The notes below the pieces were generated by a model. That model was not told the DNA's origin. It worked only from the letters and a program-made list of their open reading frames with translations, and ran no database searches. Source: Ruditapes philippinarum (Eukaryota). From it: 64,000 nt of DNA. A program made the translations under genes and the position numbers. Of the stretch, positions 11,965 to 24,000 are shown one piece after another (positions within the stretch are counted from its first letter, which is position 1; every line of letters begins with the position of its first letter). Where the stretch lies: assembly GCF_026571515.1 (NCBI RefSeq), contig NW_026852257.1:1-64000 (forward strand). The letters are read 5' to 3'.

Positions 11965-12380
11965 GCCATTTTTCCTGATACAACCGTTTAAACATCATTT
12001 GTCTGATTTTAATGCGGATTCAATTTTGTACATGTTTTGAGGGTCTACTGTGCACAGTATAAAGCTCAAAGCCCTAACACAAGAAATACGTCCTAGAGAT
12101 TTCCGCGTGGCATGGTCGTTTTTGATATCGGCGATTTGTTCTTTCTCTATATAATTGTATAAAAAAACACCATTTTCCTAAGCCAAACGTTTAAACACCA
12201 TTGGTCTGATTCCAATGCGGATTCGATTTTGTACAAGTTTCGAGGGTCTTCTGTGTACAGTTTAAAGCCCAAAACCCAAGTAATATGTCCTAGAGATTTC
12301 CGCATGGCATGGTCGTTTTTGGTTTCGGCGATTTGTTCTTTCTCTATATAAATTGTATAAAAAACACCATTTTCCTGAGC
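11965..12380. repeat. ~200-bp direct repeat, 2 copies
   Basis: ccattttcct...gtttaaaca...cctagagatttccgc...ggcgatttgttctttctctatata occurs twice in tandem. Confidence 0.8.
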
Positions 12381-12555
12381 CATGACCATGCCTTTTTAGA
12401 CAAATATGTAATCTTTTATTCACATAGCATCAACTTTATAACTGACAATACGTAAATGTCTTTCAATTAATATAATTTCTGACAACTTAATATGTGTATT
12501 TAGCCTTTAACTTGGTTTTCAGCGTTACATTTATATATTTGAACAGCCTGGGGTT

Positions 12556-12710
12556 CGTTTCTTTGATTGGGTTTTATGTAACACCGACACAGTATAGGTC
12601 ATATGGCGACGTTCCAGCTTTACTGGTGGGGGAAGACCTTAAGTGCCCTTCTGTGCATTATTTCAGGCACGAATGAACACCTGAGTAGAACCACCGACGT
12701 TCCGTAAGCT
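12556..12710 (-). mobile_element. tRNA-derived SINE, 3' part (split by LINE insertion)
   Basis: Matches the partial copy at 30790-30915 and the + strand copy at 52759-52970; the sequence resumes at 16351. Confidence 0.8.
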
Positions 12711-15700
12711 GAAGTTTATGTGCGCCGACTGTTAGGCTGCTAAATCGTTACTCTCTTATAAAACTTGGATTTTTATTGGAAGTAGTGCTTGTAGAGATTT
12801 GATTTTTGTTGTGGAAATCTATGAATATGTACTAATCATAGATATGATCTTAATTATTTGGATATTTATTACGTTTTTGGATTGTCTGTGTTTGAAACAA
12901 TTCGAATACAACAAAGTAGTGTGTTGTAACTGGGTGAACACCATCTCAGTATATACCATGGATTATCCCGAGGGCACGATTAGACGATCATATAGTGCAA
13001 GTGAACTGATGAGATTTCGTTCACTCCCTAGGCAATGGATTATACCTAATCAAGAAGTATTGTCAAAATTAAAATATCTAGGAATATTAAACTTTAGAAG
13101 AGCGCGAGCAGGGATTAAAACACACAATGGACACCGAAGAATTAAAAAGCAAACTTGTGTAAATCTCTCAAATCTTATATATCCAAAACGATGTAATACT
13201 CTAAGCAATTTTACAGAGAATGTTACCTGCTTGACTGTAAATTGCCGATCATTAGTCAGAAAAGATGTACTTGTTGGACAACTGCTCCGTGAACAGAAAG
13301 TTGACTTTGCCATTCTGACCGAAACCTGGTATTCTGATGAAAAACAATATCAATTTGAGACCTCGGATCTGAACCAAAATGGTTACAAAATCAGTGTTTC
13401 AAACCGTCAAAACAGAATTGGCGGTGGTGTTGCCCTTACATGTCGTAGTGGTGTTAACATGCGTAGACTGCTTTCCGGTGCAAAATCAAGCTTTGAGTAC
13501 GGAGTGTGGCAATTAATCTTCAAAAGCATTACAATTCACTGTGTTGGTATATATAGACCTCCATCTTTGGCAACACCAAATCAATTTGTGACAGAATTCT
13601 TTCAGTTCCTAGAAGACATAGTTCCGAAGTATTTAAATCTAATGATTATGGGAGATTTTAACTTACACATTCATGATGACAGTAGCGCTGTTTCAGAGTT
13701 CAATAATTCCCTGTTTGCTCTCGGTTTGCTACAACATGTTGACTTTCCAACTCATGTGCACGGCCATAGTCTTGATCTAGTGATCACCGAACTCGCAAAT
13801 GGCGTTGATCTACTCTCATGTGAACCAGGTCCGTTTTTGTCAGACCACTGTGCTGTTAAAGTAGTCACGAGGGTAAAAAAGGAGAACATTGTGAGCAAAT
13901 CTATTTCTTTCCGGCACTTTAAAGATATGGACAACGAGGGTTTCGCTAACGACCTTAATCAAATGGCAATATGTACTGATTCTGTGGAAAATTTTGTTGA
14001 CCAGTTTGAGACTGAGATCGAGAAACTCCTTAATACACATGCACCTATGAAAGAGAAAATTCAAATATGTAGAGCACCGAAGCCCTGGTTCAGTGAAAGT
14101 ATTATGTCCCTGAAACGAGTGATGCGTCGATCAGAGAGACTTTGGCGCAAACATCGGCAACCCAAGGACTATGAAATTTATAAGTCCGCACTTCACAAAT
14201 ATCACTATGAACTTAGAAATGTGAAACAATTAACACTTAGTCAGAAGGTAATTGAATCAAAAGGTAACTCTAAAAAGCTTTATCAATTTGTGAAAGATCT
14301 TACCGGAAGCAAGTCAGAAAACCCAATGCCACCCGTGGAAGATGAAAACACCCTTGCGGATAAATTCGCAGACCATTTTATGGACAAGATCAAGAAGATA
14401 CGCGAGTCTCTGAAAGATTTTGAAAACTATAAACCTTTGGTCAAAGACGTACCACCGTTTGGATCTTTCGAAAGTCTTTCAGAGGATGAGATTAAAATGC
14501 TCATAAGTCAGTTACAAACTAAATCTTGTGAGCTTGACATTTCTGCCCACCAAAGTATTGAAATCATTTCTCAATGAACTTTTGCCTATGATTACCCAGC
14601 TTGTGAATCTTTCTCTGACGCAAGGTGTTTTTCCAGCTAAATGGAAAAAGGCAATAGTCAGGCCTCTGTTGAAAAAAATCTGGTCTTGAACTCACATTTG
14701 CCAACTATCGACCCGTCAGCAACTTGTCATTCTTGTCCAAATTGATTGAAAAAGCCGCCCTTCAACGACTAAACAAACATGTAAACGGAAACGATCTCCT
14801 TCCAACGAATCAGTCGGCCTATCGTCAGTTTCACTCTTGTGAGTCAGCCCTTCTTAGACTCGTAAACGACATTCTTGATGCAATGGAGCATCAAGAGGTC
14901 ACTGCACTGATAGCTCTAGATTTAAGTGCTGCTTTTGATACTGTTGACCATAACATACTGTTAAATGTTCTTGAAAGTCAATATGGCGTCTTTGGATCTG
15001 CGCTGGAATGGATAGATTCATATTTGAGGCCGCGTAGCTGTCGAGTGAGTGTTAACTCGAATGTGTCATCAGAACGGGAACTTGACTGTAGTGTCCCCCA
15101 GGGAAGCTGTTTGGGCCCTTGGCTCTACTTGACGTACGCAGGAACTATCTTTGACATTGTACCTCCCTCCATTTCCGTGCACGGATTTGCCGACGACCAC
15201 GTTGCGAATAAACGTTTTAAACCATCACCTACCGCAGAAGCAAGCGCAATTCGGGACCTCCAGGACTGTGCAGTGCATATAAATGAGTGGATGAACAGCA
15301 ACAAGTTAAAAATGAACAATTCAAAGACAGAGTTTATTCTTTTCGGAAGTCGTCCACAGCTGAATAAGTGTAACACCAAAGAAATCAATATCTGTGGTAA
15401 TGTTATTGAATCACAACATTGTATACGTTATCTTGGTGCTTTTTTGGATGAGTCTCTAAATTTCAAAGATCACATTAAAAGAAAGTGTAGAACTGCTATG
15501 TTAAACTATTTCAAGATCAAGAGCATTCGAAAGTATCTGACAAAGGAAGCCGCTGAAACACTTGTTTTATCTTTAGTAATATCCCATTTAGATTATTGCA
15601 ACATCATTCTGTACGGCATATCTCAAAATGAATTAGCAAAACTTCAACGTATTCAAAATATGTGTGCCAAACTGGTGTTAGGTCGTTCCAAGTATGATAG

Positions 15701-16350
15701 TTCTAAACAGGCATTATTCGATCTGCACTGGCTTCCGATTAAAGCACGAATCAGTTTCATGATACTGACATACATGTATAACTGTTCGGTAGGAAACGCA
15801 CCATCATATTTAATAGAGCTTTTGGTTCATCAAGTGTCAAAACGAACCTTAAGATCATCTGAATCCTCAGTTGGTTGTTATGTTGTTCCTTTTAATAAGA
15901 AGAGGACTTTTTCTGACAGAGCTTTTAGCACGATAGGACCAAAATTGTGGAATGAACTACCTATTAATATGAGAAAATGTGAATCTGTTGAAATTTTCAA
16001 AAGACAACTGAAATCATTTTACTTCAAGGACTTTTTTGCACTTTTTTAAGTGACGCTGAAGGCATTGTCTGTTCCTAATTGTTGTGTGCATGTTTGTATA
16101 TTTCTAGTGTTTTTATTATTTTCATTTTATAATAATATAATAAAGTCTAGCCCATGTGTTATCATGTGCAGGGGTGTAGATTGTTACATGTTGGTGGGGA
16201 TTGACCCAATCACTGTGACCGTCGCACTGCTGGGAGTATTGTGTATGGTAGCACTGGGAGTAGCACATTTAAGGTATATAGCTGTACAACGCCATTGAAT
16301 ATGTATTTTATATGTAGAAATAGGCGTTAAATCAAGTTTTCAAGTTTCAA
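12711..16350 (+). mobile_element. Non-LTR retrotransposon, L2/CR1 group, near full-length
   Basis: APE endonuclease + RT coding region, 3'UTR and (TTTCAAG)n tail; interrupts a SINE with a short (A)AGCT duplication. Confidence 0.92.
12958..16049 (+). pseudogene. LINE endonuclease/reverse transcriptase ORF with two +1 frameshifts (~14541 and ~14675)
   Basis: APE motifs LTETW, GGGVA, GIYRPP, MGDFN and SDH; RT motifs LDLSAAFDTVDH, VPQGSCLGP and FADD. The bridging frame reads LPTKVLK...FPAKWKKAIVRPLLKK / NYRPVSNL. Confidence 0.88.
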
Positions 16351-16470
16351 GCTAGCTGGATAGCTTCCTCACATGAATGAATCCTAAGCACATGTAGGGA
16401 TTCGAACTCACAGCGGTGAGGGGCAAGTTGTTTGAAGTCAACAACCTTAACCACTCGGCCACGACGCCCC
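16351..16470 (-). mobile_element. tRNA-derived SINE, 5' head
   Basis: On the minus strand, GGGGCGTCGTGGCCGAGTGGTTAAGG (A-box) and GAGTTCGAATCCC (B-box) run into SINE body rather than a tRNA acceptor stem. Confidence 0.82.
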
Positions 16471-18199
16471 ACCCTGGGATTCAGAAACTCGAATCACACA
16501 CATTTGGATTTCTTCCAGATGCATTTGCATCTCTGTGTCATTACTTCAAAATGTTTATTAAACTGTAATAAATTATCATGTTACATATAAGACAACAAAA
16601 TATTTGATAGATAAGATATTCTTCTTTAATCATGATCATCAAGTATTGGTACAGATGGTAATGTATAGATAATACAGGTATAATTCAATCTCCATACTGT
16701 GTAGATTGGACAATTACATAGAAATTACAAGATACATGTACTAAAAATAATTATATAAAATATCACAGATACTTAGAACACTGCCTTTGATATAATATAC
16801 AGAGAAAATAGTAACAAGATCTGTCTACCGTACAGTGAACTCGACTTTTCTTAACATATCATAGAAGGGTAAATGTGACTTTCATGTCTGTCTTTTGAAA
16901 TGGTCTTAAAGGGGGGAATTATCCTGTTAAGATCCATGACAGATTGATTATCATGTTCTATTATCTTTAAAAGGGGGTAATGATCATTAGTTAGTATTCC
17001 AGGTTTCGAAGACGTTTCAACATCTGGTGCTTCAAAAACCTGTGCTGTAATTGCAAGGAAAAAGCTAGTGCAACTTTGTTATAATCAAAGCTCTTGCTTT
17101 CAAATGGAGATACGTGTAGCTATCTTGAGCATTTCAAAGTATAACCATAATGAGTTCAGAGAAAAAGTAGTGGTACAATAAAAACTTAACCAAGGTGTGA
17201 CGCTAACATGAGCGCGTATATCAACGAGAGTAAGATAGCTCTTGGAAATTATTCCTGGTAAATGACTTGATATAAAACTGTTGTATCTCATACATCAATA
17301 TAGGAGATAAAAGCTTTCTTGCATCAAGCCTACCATTTATGTATACATTTGCATATACAAAAATACTGATAAATGTAACATTTGTAGCAAGAACAAATCC
17401 CATGAGAAGAATCCCTGATAACATAGAAATATTTTCTTGAACACTAGTTATAAACTCTTGAATTTGACTGGTTATAAATAGACCAAAGGCGGAGCTCTAT
17501 TTTAAGCTTCTTTACTGGTTTTTATCTAATTTATAATAATGACCACTAAAGTTAACAGATATATTAAATTAATAGACATATTAAAGCAAGTGGAAAAACA
17601 GTATTTTTTGCTCTGAAAACTGTATTAAATGACACTGGAAAACATGCGATTTTTGACCAAATTTTCATGAAAAGTATTGTCATAATTCAACAATATAAAA
17701 AATAAACAACACAAATACATGTATGAAAGTTGAGCATTTGAGCAAATGTGTAAAATATACATGGAAAAAAAAACACTAAAAAAGTTCAATTAAAAAAATC
17801 AAATTATTGAAAACTATCAAAAAAACAAGAGTGATAAAACAGCTTTGGAGCCACTCTTGGATTAACAGACTTAAAATTCTGATATGCAAACTACTATATT
17901 ATAAAACTTATAACAAAAGTAACAACTTAATTGTACTTAATCATTAATTAATATCTGTTACTATACCTCACATAAACTTTTTACTATTTAACTGAATGTG
18001 ACGTCACAGGTGTAATCTGATCTATCATTCTGGAAATGAATTTCACCCAATCAATAATGTTTTCCAATATTCCCAAGGGGCGAGTAATCTATATAGACTT
18101 AAGAAAACAATGTTTAGTTATCTTCCCTGGCCACACTGCTCACATGAACTTTTTACTGTATATTTTAGTTTTACTGTATAAAAATGTTGGTTTGGTAAT

Positions 18200-20267
18200 A
18201 TAAAAAAATAACACATGTCTCTAGGGGTAATACTGCATATTGGCAACCTTTGAACTGAAATAATACCGTCGGTGGTTATTTTCTTTGAACTATACCCTCG
18301 GTGGTTATTTCCTTTGAACTGAAATAATACCCTCAGTGGTTATTTCCTTTGAACTGAAATAATACCCTCGGTAGTTATTTCCTTTAAACTATACCCTCGG
18401 TGGTTATTTCCTTTGAAATGAAATAATACCCTCAGTGGTTATTTCCTTTGAACTGAAATAATACCCTCAGTGGTTATTTCCTTTGAACTGAAATAATACC
18501 CTCAGTGGTTATTTCCATTTGAACTGAAATAATACCACCCTTGGTGGTTATTTCCTTTGAACTGAAATAACACCCTCGGTGGTTATTTCCTTTGAACTAT
18601 ACCCTCAGTGGTTATTTCCTTTGAACTGAAATAATACCCTCGGTGGTTATTTCCTTTGAACTTTACCCTCGGTGGTTATTTCCTTTGAAATGAAATAATA
18701 CCCTTAGTGGTTATTTCCTTTGAACTGAAATAATACCCTCAGTGGTTATTTCCTTTGAACTGAAATAATACCCTCGGTGGTTATTTCCATTTGAACTGAA
18801 ATAATACCACCCTTGGTGGTTATTTCCTTTGAAATGAAATAATACCCTCGGTGGTTATTATCTTTTGAAATGAAATAATACCCTCGGTGGTTATTTCCTT
18901 TGAACTGAAATAATACCCTCGGTGGTTATTTCCTTTGAACTGAAATAATACCCTCGGTGGTTATTTACATTGAACTGAAATAATACCCTCGGTGGTTATT
19001 TCCATTTGAACTGAAATAATACCCTCAGTGGTTATTTCCTTTGAACTGAAATAATACCCTCGGTGGTTATTTCCTTTAACTGAAATAATACCCTCGGTGG
19101 TTATTTCCTTTGAAATGAAATAATACCCTCGGTGGTTATTTCCTTTGAAATGAAATAATACCCTCGGTGGTTATTTCCATTTGAACTGAAATAATACCAC
19201 CCTTGGTGGTTATTTCCTTTGAACTGAAATAACACCCTCGGTGGTTATTTCCTTTGAACTATACCCTCAGTGGTTATTTCCTTTGAACTGAAATAATACC
19301 CTCATTGGTTATTTCCTTTGAACTTTACCCTCGGTGGTTATTTCCTTTGAAATGAAATAATACCCTCGGTGGTTATTTCCTTTGAAATGAAATAATACCC
19401 TCGGTGGTTATTTCCATTTGAACTGAAATAATACCACCCTTGGTGGTTATTTCCTTTGAACTGAAATAATACCCTCGGTGGTTATTTCCTTTGAACTTTA
19501 CCCTCGGTGGTTATTTCCTTTCAAATGAAATAATACCCTTGGTGGTTATTTCCTTTGAAATGAAATAATACCCTCGGTGGTTATTTCCATTTGAACTGAA
19601 ATAATACCACCCTTGGTGGTTATTTCCTTTGAACTGAAATAACACCCTCGGTGGTTATTTCCTTTGAACTATACCCTCAGTGGTTATTTCCTTTGAAATG
19701 AAATAATACCCTCAGTGGTTATTTCCTTTGAATGAAATAATACCCTCGGTGGTTATTTCCTTTGAAATGAAATAATACCCTCGGTGGTTATTTCCTTTGA
19801 AATGAAATAATACCCTCGGTGGTTATTTCCATTTGAACTGAAATAATACCACCCTTGGTGGTTATTTCCTTTGAAATGAAATAATACCCTCGGTGGTTAT
19901 TTCCTTTGAAATGAAATAATACCCTCGGTGGTTATTTCCTTTGAACTGAAATAATACCCTCGGTGGTTATTTCCTTTGAACTGAAATAATACCCTCGGTG
20001 GTAATTTCCTTTGAACTGAAATAATACCCTCGGTGGTTATTTACATTGAACTGAAATAATACCCTCAGTGGTTATTTCCTTTGAACTGAAATAATACCCC
20101 TCGGTGGTTATTTACATTGAACTGAAATAATACCCTTGGTGGTTATTTCCTTTGAAATGAAATAATACCCTCGGTGGTTATTTCAGTATTCGTGCACCTC
20201 GAGTGTTATTTCATGTCTGGAGTCACTAATAAGCACTATTTCCCTTTGAGACATGTGATATTTTTAT
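18200..20267. mobile_element. MITE-like element with imperfect ~45-bp TIRs enclosing a satellite array
   Basis: Left end ATAAAAAAATAACACATGTCTCTAGGGGTAATACTGCATATT vs right-end reverse complement ATAAAAATATCACATGTCTCAAAGGGAAATAGTGCTTATT. Confidence 0.7.
18248..20185. repeat. ~35-bp satellite array (TTGAACTGAAATAATACCCTCGGTGGTTATTTCCT)n, ~55 units
   Basis: Contiguous units with shorter and longer variants; internal dyad GAAATAA...TTATTTC. Confidence 0.95.
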
Positions 20268-21061
20268 AATAACTACGTCTTCATATTTATGACAACTACT
20301 CGATCATAAATTCTCTTTAACAAGCATTTCTGTCATCAATTAATTAGAAGTCTTAGTCAAATGTGTTATATTTACCATAATTAAAAAGCTGCAAAATTTG
20401 TGTCAAATAAAAGCAACAAACGTTGATACAAAATAAAATATGTTTGAGATTTTAAAAAAACATATTCAACATAATGAAATGTGTCGTGCCAAAATTAATA
20501 GCGAACTCTTTTTCTACTCCTAAACAATGCATAGAAAATAAATCAAACTAATAAAAGTTCCATAACAGTATGTGTAAATTGTTTATCAAGTGGGTAAGGC
20601 TTTTATAGCATGGTCCATCCACTCACAGAAATTTTCCATTCATGTGCTTTGTTATAATATATGTTAGGTAACCAATAATTATTCTAATATTACCAACAGA
20701 TAAATATAGTTAAACATCCTTTGTTATAAATACTTGAACACAATAGCTTATGTCTCAGTTAAATGTAAATATTTCAATGATATGATTATATTCTTCGAAT
20801 AATTTTATACATTTCCTCAATTCAAACGTCTTTGGGGTTTATTTGATCAATTTCTTGCAGCAAAAAATTTCAATACCTTGAACAAAAATTAAATGTAAGA
20901 AATAAGAAATGCTTTATTTTCCTGCTATTTTCTTCAAAGATAGGAAAGACAATGTGAAAAATTATACTATGTATATAAATTATAAAGATATTTTAATGTA
21001 ACAGTGTTAATATATCTCCTGAAGTAACATTTGATCAACATCATATCACAGTATATCTGTC

Positions 21062-24000
21062 TTATGTTGCTTTGGCAAACCCTGGAACCTTCTGCAGTAT
21101 TTTGGATGCCCAGCTTAGAACCATGTTCCACAAGAGACGAGCAACTGTCACTCTCTTCACCAATAGTCTCCACACAATGACAAACACCAGGACGTTGAAA
21201 GCCAGGTGGATTCTTTGTAACCTAAGAGATATAAATTCAATGAAATAAATGCACATTAACTTTTTATGCATATATCATACACTAATGTTACCAGTACTGG
21301 TGTCAAATGAGGACTCAAAATTTTCTCCCTAAAAGCGAGGATCATATCAAAACTACTTGGCTAAAGATTACCTTACACATGAATGAAAAGTTTAAAAGAT
21401 GAATATTTCATTCCAGTTCTTAATTAGTTAATCAACATCTTGCAGGCTAGTCTGCAGCCTTCATTTTCAAGTAATTTTGTTGTGAATAATGCTTCCAAGG
21501 GATCACTTTGTTTCCAGATTTCTATACTTCACAACAGCAGGTGTCAACTGCTGTGTGGCAGCTGTTAAAAGTTGCACCATACTTAATTTCAGTGTTGTTA
21601 TATTTGTCTGGTCCTTCGGAATCATTGATGTCAGCACTATTAAGTGTTGAGAATTAAGTACCCCTCAAGCCAGTGCTAGTGTTGAACATATTCATTATCC
21701 CTCATGTACAGACTGAATCAAACCAAGTCTGCAATTTTCATGTAATTTTGTTATGATTAATGCTTCCGAGGGATCACTTTGTTTCCAGATTTTCAGTTTA
21801 TAACTCGGATGGTGAATTCTTCAGGGTCTTGGCAAGCTTTTTGACATAAAAAGAATTCACTAAAATAGTTATACAGAATAAAAGAAAACAAAAATAAACA
21901 TGTAACTGATTTATTAAAATACTAATATACCTGGCTAGTGCTTTCCTTGCATGAGGAAGTTTGGACAATTCTTCCTTCAGTACAAATTGTTTTGTTCCTA
22001 GACAAAATGCCTCCATATATGTGGGCCAGTGTATCACTTTGGGATTGAATGTGAAATTCTAAAATTAGAATAAAGTATAAATAATCTAGCATTTGATACA
22101 ATATAAGCCATGAATAAAAAAAGTATTAAAAAAACCCATAAAAACATGCATATTATGAACCGCGTCACGACAAAACTAACATAGTGCGTTTGCGACCAGC
22201 ATGGATCCAGACCAGCCTGCCCATTCGCGCAGTCTGATAAGGATCCATGCTGTTTGCTTACCAACCCTATTACAAGTAGAGAAACTGATAATGAACAGCA
22301 TGGATCCTGATCAGACTGCGTGGATGCGCTATGTTGGTTTTGTCGTGACGCGGCTCATATGTAAGTTGTTTGAAATAAATCTTTATTGGATCACATAAAT
22401 CTTCAAGATCACTAATGAAAACGAGTTTATACTTGACATATTTACTATCTTAAAGAAATTAATATAGGTTTGTCTGTGTAGTTATTACACCAATTTCTAT
22501 TCGACCAGAGTGTTTGGTCTATCAAACCAGCTTTCCTGGACAACTAACCAGTAACAGCCAATTTCTCCACAAGTGACTCAATGTTCAATAATATGATTTC
22601 TAAATCAGGTGTGACAGACAAAAACTAGAACTGCCACTATGATGGCCTGAATACCCCCGCATACCACTTTGTCAGAATCAACAGTGGCCATTTAGAGCTC
22701 AAGGACAATCTCCCTGCCAAATCTGAGGTTACTAAGCCAGTGCAATGCTTCAAATGTGAAAATGTCAAAATCAATACATTGCGGACAGGACATTTACTTT
22801 AGCAATTGAGAAGAAAAGCTTTTTTTTTGTCAAGGTCCCTGTGACCTTGAACTTTGACCCAGTGACCTCAAAATCAATAGGGGTCACCTTATAGTCATGA
22901 TCAACATCCATGCCAAATATGAAGACTGTGGGTCATAGGAATCTAAAGTTATTGGGCAGACAAACTTTTTGAAGTCAAAGTCCCTGTGACCTTGACCTTT
23001 GACCTGGTGACCTCAAAATCAATAGGGGTCATCTACTTATCATGACTAACCTCCATTCCAAATATGAAGACTGTGGGTCAAAGGAATCTTAAGTTATTGG
23101 GCGGACAAGCTTTTTCAAGTCAAGGCCCCTGTGACCTTGACCTTTGACCTGGTGACCTCAAAATCAATAGGGGTCATCTACTAATCATGACTAACCTTCA
23201 TTCCAAATATGAAGACTGTGGGTCAAAGGAATCTTAAGCTATTGGGCGGACAAGCTTTTTGAAGTGAAGGCCCCTGTGACCTTGACCTTTGACCTGGTGA
23301 CATCAAAATCAATAGGGGTCATCTACTAATCATGACTAACCTCGATGCCAAATATGAAGACTTTGGGTCAAATGAATCTTAAGTTATTGGGCGGACAAGC
23401 TTTTTGAAGTCAAGGCCCCTGTGACCTTGACCTTTGACCTGGTGACCTTAAAATCAATAGGGGTCATCTACTAATCATGACTAACCTCCATGCCAAATAT
23501 GAAGACTGTAGGTCAAAGGAATCTTAAGTTATTGGGCGGACAAGCTTTTTGAAGTCAAGGCCCCTGTGACCTTGACCTTTGACCTAGTGACCTCAAAATC
23601 AATAGGGGTCATCTTCTAATCATGACTAACCTCCATGCCAAATATGAAGACTAAGGGTCAAAGGAATCTTAAGTTATTGGGCGGACAAGAAAAAACCGAC
23701 GGACGGCCGGACAGCCGGATGGCCGGACGGACAAGCTGATTCCAGTATACTCCCCTTACAACTTTGTTGTGCGGGGGTATAATTACCATTAGACTAAATA
23801 AGCTGTGTCACAACAAAACCAACATAATGCGTTTGCAACCAGCATGGATCCAGACCTGATCAGGATCCATGCTGTTCGCTTACCAACCCTTTTACAAGTA
23901 GAGAAACTGATAGCGAACAGCATGGATCCTGATCAGACCGCGCAGCTGCACAGACTGGTCTGGATCCATGCTGGTCACAAACGCATTATGTTGGGTTTGT

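Noticed and set aside
12799-12957. Hydrophobic N-terminus on the LINE ORF
   Set aside because: Called from a TTG in a T-rich leader; probably 5'UTR.
16380-16470. tRNA gene
   Set aside because: A and B boxes are present but continue into SINE body; no acceptor-stem closure.
18248-20185. CRISPR array (35-bp hairpin repeat)
   Set aside because: No spacers; head-to-tail satellite inside TIRs.
21445-21850. Extra FAR exons or alternative C-terminus in the duplicated ~70-bp segments
   Set aside because: The FAR frame closes without them; they look like degraded retroelement sequence.
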